A DNA stretch of 64,000 bases from Monocercomonoides exilis PA203 (lineage: Eukaryota > Protista > Preaxostyla), in the NCBI GenBank assembly GCA_001643675.2, contig LSRY02000008.1:1116001-1180000 (forward strand). The letters are read 5' to 3'. The position numbers and the translations under genes were made by a program. The notes beneath the pieces were generated by a model that saw only the letters and a program-made list of their open reading frames with translations, was not told the DNA's origin and made no database searches. Numbering within the stretch: the first letter of the stretch is position 1; each line of letters starts with the position of its first letter. This document shows, piece by piece, positions 23,753 to 36,400 of this stretch.

Positions 23753-25752
23753 GGCATAGGTTCAAACGCGTTCCTTTTGCAATTTGCGTTTATAAACCAT
23801 CAGATTATAACGAATTAATAGATAATAATTATTTAAAAACTTTTTATGGACCGATTTTTCGAAAAAAATTTTTCTTGTTGAAAAAAATGACTTTTGAAAA
23901 ATGACCCATAAAAACATGAATTTCAATAAAATTTATTCAAATTTAAAAGAAAACGAGATTTTTACACATCCAATGTGCTTTTATAATAATATAAATTTAT
24001 TTTATTAATTAATTTTCATCAAAAAAATATAAATCATAAATAAAAAATTTAATTAAATATCTTTGATCTAACCTACAATAAAATTTTTAATATCTGGAAA
24101 ATTTGAATATGCTGTTTTAGTTAAAATAGAACCTAAAAGTGTGTAATTCGTTCACTTTTATATGTTAATATAAGTATATTATTATATGCTAACTTGTATA
24201 ATATTGAAAACAGATTTTCTTCACAGTTTCATTAAAGTGTGCTTTTTGACTTTAATTTTCATTAGCGTGCAGATGTGTGTGATTATTTTTGACATCGTAA
24301 TGATTCATTCAAAAAATTCGGATGAAAATAGTTCCTTGAATATCTACAAAAGAACGCTGAAAAGAGAAAAGGCTTGTGAAAGACGTCGTCATATTTTTTG
24401 AATCAAAAACTTTTGTTTTGAAAAGAGTTGTGATGCTTTTTACATGAAAATGCAAAATATCTTTCCAATGACAACCAACCTTTGAAAAATCAACACTACG
24501 AAAAAAGTTATGATTTCAAAAATAATCACCCATGTTAATTTCAAAATTGGTTTCAACGGAACGCAAAAGGTATTATATGATTCATAATATCAAATAAATA
24601 TTCATTTTGTTTTTTTCTTTCAAATATTTTCTTTTCCTTTGATATGTTAATGTATTTTTTTATTAGACTCGATCAAAACATGCGTTTATGAATTAATCTT
24701 GCAAAAATTAACAATAATCACACAAAATAATTCAATGTCGAATTATAACAACAATGAACTTTATAAAAGATTGTCATTTTTATGTTTTTTTTAAAAAAAA
24801 TGAAAAATGAGATTGATTTTGTTTTTCAATCTGAATTGTTTTCATTTCATTTTCCATTTTCATATTTTCCATCCATTTGCACATCATTTGGCATGGTTCT
24901 TCTTCACTTCCACATATTACAACATCTTATCCACTTGAAAAACAAAATCAATCTCATTTTTCATTTTTTTTAAAAAAAACATAAAAATGACAATCTTTTA
25001 TAAAGTTCATTGTTGTTATAATTCGACATTGAATTATTTTGTGTGATTATTGTTAATTTTTGCAAGATTAATTCATAAACGCATGTTTTGATCGAGTCTA
25101 ATAAAAAAATACATTAACATATCAAAGGAAAAGAAAATATTTGAAAGAAAAAAACAAAATGAATATTTATTTGATATTATGAATCATATAATACCTTTTG
25201 CGTTCCGTTGAAACCAATTTTGAAATTAACATCTGCACGCTAATGAAAATTAAAGTCAAAAAGCACACTTTAATGAAACTGTGAAGAAAATCTGTTTTCA
25301 ATATTATACAAGTTAGCATATAATAATATACTTATATTAACATATAAAAGTGAACGAATTACACACTTTTAGGTTCTATTTTAACTAAAACAGCATATTC
25401 AAATTTTCCAGATATTAAAAATTTTATTGTAGGTTAGATCAAAGATATTTAATTAAATTTTTTATTTATGATTTATATTTTTTTGATGAAAATTAATTAA
25501 TAAAATAAATTTATATTATTATAAAAGCACATTGGATGTGTAAAAATCTCGTTTTCTTTTAAATTTGAATAAATTTTATTGAAATTCATGTTTTTATGGG
25601 TCATTTTTCAAAAGTCATTTTTTTCAACAAGAAAAATTTTTTTCGAAAAATCGGTCCATAAAAAGTTTTTAAATAATTATTATCTATTAATTCGTTATAA
25701 TCTGATGGTTTATAAACGCAAATTGCAAAAGGAACGCGTTTGAACCTATGCC
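23753..25752. mobile_element. Non-autonomous foldback transposon, ~818-bp TIRs, 105-bp loop, 8-bp TSD
   Basis: 23753-24276 plus 24532-24829 are the reverse complement of 24935-25752. Termini are GGCATAGG...CCTATGCC. GATGTTTA lies directly on both sides (23745-23752, 25753-25760). Confidence 0.92.
24277..24531. mobile_element. 255-bp MITE with ~24-bp TIRs and 4-bp ATGT TSD
   Basis: GTGTGATTATTTTTGACATCGTAA...TTATGATTTCAAAAATAATCACCC is flanked by ATGT at 24273-24276 and 24532-24535. The opposite foldback arm has the empty site with a single ACAT (25229-25232). Confidence 0.9.
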
Positions 25753-25983
25753 GATGTTTATTAAAATATATGACTTGCAACAGCAATAACAATTTTTCAA
25801 TTTCCATTTATTTGCAAATATGAAAAATGAAAAGAAAAAGATAAAACAAATAAAAAAGGTGAGGAAAAATATGTTAAATCAATGAAAGTCAAAAAGAATG
25901 CATCTTATTGATAAGCTTCGTTTTATTCACAAACGTTTGGCATATTTATTGTTCCATTCAGTCTGCTCCAGAAACCTGAAAAG

Positions 25984-26703
25984 TTAACAAAAAAACATTT
26001 TTCCATAACCACTTGCTTTGCATTTCTGGAACTCGCACCCACTGATCCTGACACATGACGAAATCGAATAAGTATACATTCCTCCACCACCATAATTTTG
26101 GGCAGTACATGTATTGAACGAATTGTTCTCAATATTGATTGAACTGATCGAACGGCACATAATTCCTCCGCCATCATAATGCGCATAACAATCATTGAAC
26201 GAACAAAACTTCACTGAAAGTGTTCCTGATGTCTTGCTATACATGTAAATTGCTCCACCATTTGAAGCTCCATCTGAATAAGAAGTTCCTGACCCAGTGG
26301 TTTTTGACCCATTCCACACACACCAAGTGAATGAATTTGCCCCATTGTCTGTCTGATTCTGTCTCGCTGGCTTCGATGGATTTCCTTCGCTCCCGTTGAC
26401 TGCAACATTCTGAGACCGATAGCACCTGACAAACGAGGTATTCGAGGCAGCCAACGAAGATGAAGGGCTGTTCAGCGAGGGGACAATTCCCCCATCATAA
26501 ACATCCCACACCGACACAAATTCACATCCACTCATCAGAAATGATGTTTGACCCAACTCTTCATCCAGATGTGATATTTTTGGTGGATTTGTGGAGATGT
26601 TGAAGAAGGTCAGCTGGGTGAGAGATACGAGGCGTGTCAGGGGAGGTGCCAGAAACGGGGCTGAAGATACACAAAAAGATGAGAAATGAGTCTCTCTCAC
26701 CAA
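25984..26703 (-). pseudogene. Truncated N-terminal beta-helix module of the receptor family
   Basis: FCVSSAPFL...YDGGIVPSLNSP...GANSFTWCVWNGSKT...GGAIYM...VRISGCEFQKC is collinear with the 33493-42558 protein. No signal exon, TM or kinase part is present. Confidence 0.8.
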
Positions 26704-28304
26704 TACACTCCCTCCTCTTTCGCTTTCTTCTTCTCTTCCTTCTCCTCTTCCTTCTCCATCTCTTCCTTCACCTCCTCGCTGTCCTCATCTCTCTCTTCCT
26801 TCATCTCTTCAATGTGATATTCCTTGGTAACCAAAAATATGCCCAAATCCCTTTTCTTGTCTCTTTCTGCTGCATATGTTATGAATCTCATAAAAAAAAT
26901 ATAACAGACCTTCGCTGTCAGTGCATTTTTATAATTAATAATCCTATAAAGCTCTTTCCCAAGTTGTACCCACCGATTGACCTTCAGTAGCCATCTTCTG
27001 ATGTTATTCTGCTTTTCTTCGCCACTTTTGGAAAATGCCTGCAAAAACACTTTTGTCTAAGCAAGTGAAATAATAATAATAATAATAAAATCAAAGGAAA
27101 AATGCTGCCAAATAAAAAAACGCACACACATAAAGAAAATAAAATTTATTCCTTTATTGCTCGTCAATCTCTACTTCTTCTTTGGTCAAAGAATCGACAG
27201 ATTCATTGTCCTCCTCATTGCTTCTATCATCTCCAACAAAAACAAAGTGTGCTATTATCTCCATTCTCAAAGATTATTCTTTTAATTAATATTCTGAGGG
27301 ATGTCCTCATCTTCTTTTTCAAACTTTCCCCAAATTTTTGAATTTTATCAGAATAAAATTCATTTCTCCAAAATTTTCATCTAAAACCCCTTCCCTTTCA
27401 TCCATCTCCTCTTTTTATTTCTTTTCTCTTGATTCATCTCCTCATCTCCTCATCTCTTCATCTCTTCATCTCTTCATCCCATTCCTTCCAATTCACATCC
27501 CCATTCCCTGCCATATTTCCTCTCTCCAAATTCGAAAACATTCCATCTCTTCTTCGACCCATCCAAAACCATCAATGCACTCCCCCTTTTTCGCCCTTCT
27601 TCTCCCAAAGCTTCATCAAATTAAAAGTCTTTTCATTCCATTTGCTCGCAATTTGGCTAAACTTCAACCGCAGCTGCAGAGGCTTGAACATTATTTTTCT
27701 GCTGAAAAAAAAACATATAACGAGTGCAATTTTACGTTTTTTAGCTCCAAATCGAAAAGCGCAGAATCATCGTTCTTATCTTCTTTGTTAAAGTTCAATG
27801 GCTGTTCGGCGTCTGCTGCAGCTGTATTTTTTTAAACAAACCAAAGGAGAAGAAGAAGAAGAGGAAGATGACGAAGACGACAATGAGGAAGAGAAAGAAG
27901 AGGAGGAAGAAGAAGCTGATGAAGAAGCAATGAAGATGAATGTATAAATAATCTTGGTGGAATAGCCTGTTTTGTCTCTTCGGGATTAAGTCCGAGTGCT
28001 TCTCAGCTCCTCCATTCCTTTGCAACCATCCTTCCAAAGCTCCTCCTTTCCATCGCTCTCTCACATGGACTATTCCTTCTTTTCTCTCTTTGCTCCTCTA
28101 CACCCGACTGCAAAACCACGCAGCGTCTATCTGCGTTTTCATCATTTTCCCAGGAATCCCCTTTAACTTTGCCTCCTTCTCCATTTCTCATTCAACATTC
28201 CCTCTTCATCTCCATCCATTTCTTGCCACTGCTCAGCGCTCAAAAAGCTTGTAACCACCCCAACCTTCATTTCCGCCTTCCATTTCTGCTTCTCCAAAAT
28301 TTCA

Positions 28305-31300
28305 CAAATCGCACTTAATCGAATGTTCATCGTTCATAACATAACTTAAGTTTAAAAAAATATAACTAAAAATATTAGATTCATCAATTTTGCTTCCAAA
28401 TTTTGTAAATCAATCAATCATTCATTTTCAAATGAAAGTTAATTCGAAGCTTTAAAAAAAGAAGTGTCATTAAATCATATTCAAATTATAATTATCTGTA
28501 AACAATAATTGGACTTGTTAGTTGTTGTGATTCCACATAATTCAAATAAATGAAATAGCTCAAAAATTAAATGTTATAATGGAATTTTCAAAATTTTCTC
28601 AAATTAACTTGATTTTCAAAATTTCAATCAAGATTCTTTTTCTATTTATTTATAAACACATATTTGAGCTTTTAATTGCTCATACCACAATTATTAAAAA
28701 AAAAATCTTTCTTCGAACAAAGTTACGATATGAAAAAAAATGACCCAAATACATTCACCTCAACAATTACAGAGAGCTCAGAGATCTTTCATCACTTGAG
28801 AGTGTTCTTGACGTATTCGGTATTGACCTCAAAACAGAGAATACATCAGCAACAATGGCAGCTGAACCACACAATCTTTTCACACAAGATGGAATCGTTG
28901 AAATGTCTCCAATAATCGCTCTTGTTCTTGTCGATGGACTCAAAGATGTTGAAATACATAACGACACAGGTTCTCTTTCACTTGATTCTGAGTTAACTCT
29001 TTTGCCGTTATTTGCAGCCCTCAACTCTTTCGTCAACATTAAGGGTTTTCACAACCAATCGATAGATTTTCTTTTCACTCAAGAAAAAGACACAGCCGCG
29101 TAAACAGCAAATGCAATCACTCACCATGAAAAGAAACGAAACAGGTACGGGGATTGCAAGTCACATCCATTTGTTCTACAAAAGATTGTCAAGAGATGGA
29201 GTCCATCATATTACAACGATGTGATCATTCCACTCCTCAGAAAAGAGAATGATCAAAAGGAAGAACATCCACGAGAGATTTCTGTTCATGAAATAGATCT
29301 CAACTCATCGTTCTCATTTCCGAAATCAGGGATAAAGCTTGTCGAAAACAATACTCCTCACTGTCTGAAGTCGCTGAAGATCTCACAAAAGTGCTGAGAT
29401 TTGTTGAAGCAAGGATGGAATTCATTGTGACAAAGTTTGACATTCACCCCTCTTGTTATTCGATATCATTCAATGCAAAATCAGTAATGCATAAACTGTT
29501 CAAAACAATAAAACTCCGGCATGATGACAAAAAGACTATCACAGTTGAGACAGCTTTCGATCAATACTCTCATGTTCTATCGATCGATGGGGTGAAGTTC
29601 TAGTCAGATAACCCTCGAATATTCTCTCTGAGACATTGGTTCAAATATCTAATGACAAACGAACAAAACAACGAAATCATCAGACCATTCCTTGATTTAA
29701 CACGAGAAGTTTTCGCTAACGACAACGAAGAACTCCATCAATTCATCCTCTGTTGCATTTCGTCAATTGTTCAAAATCCTGGTAAAAAAGCAGAAACATC
29801 ACTTGTTTTCAAAGGTTTGCAAGGGATTGGAAAGAATGTCTGGACAAATGTTCTTGTTGAACTGTTGGCTGGATATTCATGTCCAAATGTCACAGAGATT
29901 GCAGAACTGACAGGACAGTTCAACTCCATCGTTGAAGTGAAAATGCTGATTGTTCTTAACGAATTGAAGAATGTTTGAGATGATCGAACAGTTAACTTTG
30001 ACGCCTTGAAGAGTCTAATCACGGATTCAACAAACAGAATCAATGAGAAGAATCAGCCGAGAAGAACAGCTGAGAACGTAGCTAATTTCATATTTGTGAC
30101 AAATCACACATACCCAGTAAAGATTGAGATTTGTGACAGAAGATATGTTGTTTGTGATTGAAACTCAAAATATAAGAACAATCTCACATTCTTCAAGGAT
30201 TTCACTAACTCTTTCGATAATGAATTCTATGAACAACTTCTCTGTTATTTCCTCAGCAAAGATCTCACCAATTTCAACACAAGGGCTATTCCAACAACTG
30301 AGGCAAAGGAAGATATCATTGCAGCATCACTCTCTGTCATCGATGTGTTCTGTCAGGAGCATAACAACAAACTCAAAGATGGGTTGAGGCGTTCTGAAGC
30401 ACTATGTTTCAGACAAGTTGAATACAAGAATTATCGATCATTCCAACTGGCAATTAAAGACAGATGTGAGCACAAGAGAATGGGTGGAAAAGAAGGCCGA
30501 GTATTGCATTACAAACTCAAGCCAGAGTGTGAACAACTCATCAAACAACGAGAAGATGAAGACGACATGGACCGTTCCGTGGAAATTAACTGAACATATT
30601 CGTTTTTTTTTGGAAATCATTATTACAAAAACAATACAACTGATGTGTGCTACCAACGATACCACGTGGCAATGTGTCAAAATGATGATACAGTCGAAAA
30701 TAAATAAAAACCCTCAAAGTCATGCCAAATAAAGGGAAAAGCATCCATGTTAGCAGAAATGGAATGTTGGCAGCTCTTTTCAGATGAAATTAAAAGATCC
30801 AGTCCACCAGGACACTAGTGTACGCTTCCAGCACAGAGATTTAGCAAATATTTCCCTTCCCCAAGCATCTCGATATTTCCAAAATTTGGTATCCTGACTT
30901 CCGATTAACACTTTTTCCGAGGAAAAATATAGACGTTGGCGATCCACAACAATGCCATTTGTTCAAAAAATATTGTTGTTGGAAATCAACTATAACATCA
31001 TCATGGACCACTGTCCTTAACAATCAACGATTCAATTAACGTGTTCAGTCAGTTATATTTCATTAATTAACACATTTATCCCAATCAAGCTTGTTCAGGC
31101 AATAACCATTAACTTTTCTGTCTACTCATCTAACAGCTCATCATTTTCGATAAGCTTTCTCCTCAATATCTTAATCAACTTCTTCTGTTTTTCAGTAACA
31201 TGTTCGTTGTAATACATAGTTTCTTCTTTGCGTTTTTCCTGAAACTGTTTAATTTGTTTCTGTTAAGCCGCTTTAGCTTCTTCCACAGTTGCGTATATCT

Positions 31301-31720
31301 TCTTCCAACCCATTTACTATAAAACAAAAAACAAAATCAATTATTTTTATTTGCGATTTCCATCAACGATCACACCAACGATAACACACAAATTCACCAC
31401 TTATTTACCAACTTGAACACAACTCCAGTTAATCTTTCAGTTAATCTTTTAGCTAATTCTTCTTCTTGGAGATATGGAATATCGGCAATAGATATATCTT
31501 GATAACACTTATCAATAACTCCATCTTTATCGAACATCACTGAATATCTAATCATGATAAACCCCCTAAGAGTATCAGCAACAACTCTCGATCTCTATCT
31601 TATAATCATTGCCTATTCAACTTATAATTCAAGATGATAACTACAACATGATATTCATAAATCGATATTATTGAATGACCTAATCGAGATGGATCCATAG
31701 CGGGAATACCATATCTCTTT
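28305..31720 (+). mobile_element. Decayed virus-like (D5/SF3 helicase) element, copy 2
   Basis: Near-identical inverted copy of 19965-23378, flanked by TTCA on both sides (28301-28304 and 31721-31724). Confidence 0.75.
28730..30593 (+). pseudogene. D5-like/NrS-1-type primase-associated SF3 helicase, disrupted
   Basis: QNPGKK...LVFKGLQGIGKN (Walker A), GQFNS...LIVLNE (Walker B), NFIFVTNH (motif C), DRRYVV (Arg finger). In-frame stops occur in DTAA*, KF*SD, KNV*DD and VVCD*N, plus frameshifts. Confidence 0.85.
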
Positions 31721-33492
31721 TTCATCCAAAAAAATTGAATGAAACCAAATCATACTATTTAGGAGTCAAACCTCTTGTCAAACATTACACACTTATCAAC
31801 AACAGGTATTCTTTTAAATCGCATTGCAACATTTCAATATGAGAATTAAGAATGTCTTTTTCAAAATATAACGATTCAGAAGTTGAATTCTTTGAATATT
31901 AATGTATTTGATTAGCAATGACCAAATATTTATTGACATGAAACCAAAAAGTGTTGGAATAAGCGAGTAGTTAATGAAAAATACAACATCAGCCATTATC
32001 ATTCATAACTGGATGTCATTCAAATGATCATTATTATCATTTCTGACATTTTGAATTCAAAATTGAAATTTCATTTCAATGTGCAACAGCTTTTGAAAAA
32101 TTACAGTTTTTCACAAATGAAGTGTTTTTGAAATGTTGGCGAAATGTCAAAACCATGAAATAAAACTTTTCTCAAAATATAAGTATTATTAATGAAAAAG
32201 AAATGTGAACCTGCAAGAGTTACATGAAATGCAGTCATATTGAATAGCTCTTATAAATCAGAGCATTCCATTGATTACAATATAATAAAAAAAAGTCAGG
32301 GGGAAAAAAAATGATAAGCTCCATTTCAGAAATATCGAAAATAGAATAAATATTCACAGAAACAATTCTTTCTTGGATTTTCAAACAATTTGTTTGTTTA
32401 TTGAAATTTTTGAGTGCGTGTTAATCGAAATATAATGGAAAAAATTCACAAAAATAAATTATTGATTCTGTTGACTCATTCTCTAAAAAAGAAAAAGAAT
32501 AAAAATAAAATAAAAAATAAAAAAAAAAAAATAAAACCAAGGAGTTGAAAAGGACCGAATTTGCGAAGTGAAAGAAACCAATAAATAAACAAACAAATAA
32601 AAAAGAAAGCATTTGTCTTTCTGTATTATAGAATCATATGTTGAATAAATCAAATGGAAGGTTTCAGTTGGCTGGTGAAATGCTAAAAATTATTCAGTTA
32701 GGAACCCTCTCCCTCCCCCTCTTCTATTTTTTCCCCCTCCACAAATACCTGGCCTTTTTTGTCATCTCAGAAACAAACAGTTTCAATTGTGATTAAAATG
32801 TTTCTTGTTCCAACCAGACAAATCAAATGCACCAGATCGCCAATAATCCGAAATCTTGAAAAGAAACTTGATGCTCCAATAATAACTTTCGAAAAGGCTC
32901 GTTTTCAAAAAATATTGCCCAACTGGATCACCATTCATAATGTCAATGCAGCTGACCCTTTCTTCGTTCAAACTTTTCGATGATCCAAAATTTCATGTTT
33001 TGACAATCAAATAGAGAAGCGGTTGCCAGAAATAGCTCTGTCATTCATTTACACACTTGAAGATGGCGGGAGGGAAAAATAGATGGATAAAGAGAGAGAA
33101 AGAAAGAGAGAGAGAGAGATCAGGTTTGCTCCTTTGAGGATGTCTTGCCGAAGGACAAAGAAAAGAAAAGAAAGAAAAAATTCTTGCACCTGAAAATGAG
33201 CTGATGGTGCAAACTCAAATCACACTGAAATGATGCTCAAAGCGAATAGTGACTTCCATTCTGCACAGAATGGAAAAACGGGCAATGTCTCACACATGCA
33301 GGCAAATGAGTGCTGAACATTTCTCTTGGCTGTCTGACAAAATTCGTTTTTGAATGACTTTTCCGAATATGTGCGACTATTTCGCTCACTTGCCAGAAAT
33401 CTTCCAAAAATGTATCAGCTGTAAACCAGAGCCTCGTTGTTGAATGCAAAAGAAATAGATCCTCAATTATTGTTCAATTATTCTCGCACTTT

Positions 33493-36400
33493 TTATGCAA
33501 CTTCATCCCTCATAATTTCTTTCATCCGTTTTTTCACCTCTCCCAGCGTGGGCCTTCCCCTCGCATCATCCATCCACATCCTCTCCATCACCTCAATCAG
33601 CTCCTCTCCCTCAATCCCTTCCGTCAGCGGACGCACCCCATCCCTCATCATCTCCTGCGCTTCCTCTGCATCACACTCGCTCAACGGCTCTTCCCCTGTT
33701 GTCATTTCATGGAGAATCAGTCCAAGTGTGAAAACAACTGCTTTTCCAATTCCCTCATCTCCCACTTCCTCTTCATCATCTTCATTTTCGCTGTTAAGTT
33801 CAGGCGCCTTCCATCGCTTCATTTCTTCCTTCTGCTTTTCATCCTCCAATTCTTCATTCAATAGGTATATTTCATTTTCGTTCCCTTCTTCAACAAAGAT
33901 TGTATATGGACACAATTGTTTCCCCATCATTTCCACCCTTTCGTCTTTAACTGATATCAAATGCTCAAATACCTCTGCAACTGCCATCACCACTTCCTTC
34001 CCATCAACAACATCCATTGCTCTTGTTCCCAGTGTGAAATCCCCTTCAACAGAATGAATCATCGAGTATAATGTTTTGATGTTCTTTTTCTCTTTCTCTC
34101 GAAATGGCTTCTTTGCTGATATCACATTGAGTGAATGAGATTTTGGTGCCCCAGCAGCAGAATCATTCTCGGAAAATGGCAATGAAGATTCCAAATCTGG
34201 AAGATCGTTTTCATTCAGTATTTCATCATTGTTCATTGACGGAGGCTCTGGAAGATCTTCTTCATCGTTGTCAATGAGAAGCGGAATTTGGCTTGTCATC
34301 CCTTCCAGCAATGTCGATGGCATTTCACTCATCTCAAAGCTTCTTCCATTGTTTTCCCTTCTTCTCCTCTCCATCTTCTGCATTATCTGCTCATTTTCCA
34401 AAATTTCTTTCTCAACTTTCTTTTCCACTTCTCTTAGTTTCCTTCGCAAAAGCACAACAACCACAACAAATAAACCAACAAAAATTAAAAGAGCAGCAAT
34501 GCACCCAATAAAGGCAAATAAACTCCATTCAATCCCGCTCACTCCTTTACAATCTTTGCAGCCTCCTTCTGAAATTCTATCATCTCCAGTTGAAGGAGAA
34601 ACAGTTTTATTTATCACAACCAATTTATTAGAGGATAATGAATTCCCTTTCCCAAACAGAATGCTCATGCTCACTTCTGTTTTCTTTCCCATCACTTCCA
34701 CCTGCTCTGACGTGATAACCGAATGAATTTCGTTTTCTGAAACACACTCATTTTCTTCTATCTTTTGTGTTTGGATCAGTTCAACGTCCCCGTCTTTCAT
34801 GCTTATCTTCAGCGACAAGTTGCACGGAAGAAGCAGCTTCCCCCGGATGCTCAAGTCCATGCCCCCACTCGCCTGTGTTGTGTTCTTCACTTCTTCCAGA
34901 ACTGGGATGAAAAATGATGATGTTCTTTCACTCGCTATCCCTCCCAATTGACATCCTTCGTCCAAAATCCAAAGCGATGAGTTATCTTTCAGTCCGTCTC
35001 CACCTTTCACACTTGCAACATTCAGCTCGCTGTTCCCTGTGCAGATCACATTCCTTCGCGCTGACGGATATCCCTCAACAGATGGATTGTTGTTCTCAAA
35101 CTTGCTGTTTTCTATCATCAAGCTGCCTCCACTCACCCACAGCCCTCCTTCTTTGCTCTTCATAACTGTTGTTTCCTTCATCTCCACATTGCTGTTTTCA
35201 ATGTCAATCAACGAGCCGCTCCATTCGCATAATTTCTCTCCTCTTCCTTGTTCTTCATTCACTGTCTCTGCTTCTTTCTCCTCTTTTTCTCCATCAAACA
35301 CACATATCTCAACCTTCACTTCCTTGGATCGCCTTATCTGCATCATGCTTCCCTTCTCCACCGAATTCGCGCTTTTTTCAAACGAGCAGTTCAGCACACT
35401 CACCTCCTGTTCTGCGTCTTCCATCGCAACAACACATCTTTCTGATGCTACACTCACATTCTCTATCCTCATGATCTTCATCACCACCTTCGCTTTTCCT
35501 CCAACACTCACAACATCTCCCTCACTTTTGATATTTGAAATGCTCGTTTCAAGCAGCGTCACATTCGATTCTCTGTTGAATAATAATATTGACCCTGTTG
35601 AGTGCAAATCTCTAAATGCTGAATCAAATATCCTCAGCTCTCCGCTTTCCACGCTCACAACCGAACTGCTCAGCTTCATGTCTTCTGCTGTTGCTGATGA
35701 GTAGAACTCGCATTTTTGGATCTCCATTGACCCGTTCTTCACTTTCATGATGTAGCTGTGAGAAGCCTCAAACGTATCTTCAAACTCGAATGAGCACCTC
35801 TCCACAGCGCTTTCATTTATAAACTCCATGATGCAATCCTTCTCTGCCGATTTCTCAATCTTAGATTTCAGCTTCACAATCGCCTGTGTCTTTTTGTATG
35901 AGTTCACATTCAGATCTCCAATCACACATTCCTTTGTCACAGTCCCTTCTCCGTCAATCAGAATCGCATTCATCACTCCTTGCTCAATGTGGTCAATCGC
36001 TTCGTTGATGCTGCTGCATGGGTTGCCCTGAGCTCCGCATCGTCTGCCATCATCCCCCGACCCATTCAAAAACACTTGAAGACCTTTGAAGAATGTGATC
36101 AGCGGAATAACATCCATGTCAGTTTTCCCCTCCGAATCACTCCCGCAGATGGAGTTGTTTGTGCCCAATGATTCCTGGTTGTAGTTCAGCGAGAACAGTG
36201 TTTCGTTGATCTGGTGCCCAATTGAATGGCATTTGATGAATATGTCTTTCCCCACAAATGCGTCGTTCAGCCTGAACAAGATATTCACAATCTTGAAATT
36301 CAGTGATGGAATCTGACTTTCATCATCAATGTTAACATTTCGTGGGTCTGCTCCATCGATATACAGCCCTCCACCGCGCCCTGATCCCGTCGAGCATCTG

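Noticed and set aside
20371-30593. TAA/TAG = Gln alternative genetic code suggested by AA*QKQ and KTKQ*S contexts
   Set aside because: The helicase also has TGA stops and frameshifts. The long 913-aa and 2942-aa ORFs use only CAA/CAG for Gln and end in TAA. Ordinary decay explains the stops.
19965-31720. One 11.7-kb giant palindrome formed by a single event
   Set aside because: The central foldback has its own 8-bp TSD, and the spacers (23379-23752 versus 25753-28304) are unrelated, so these are independent nested events.
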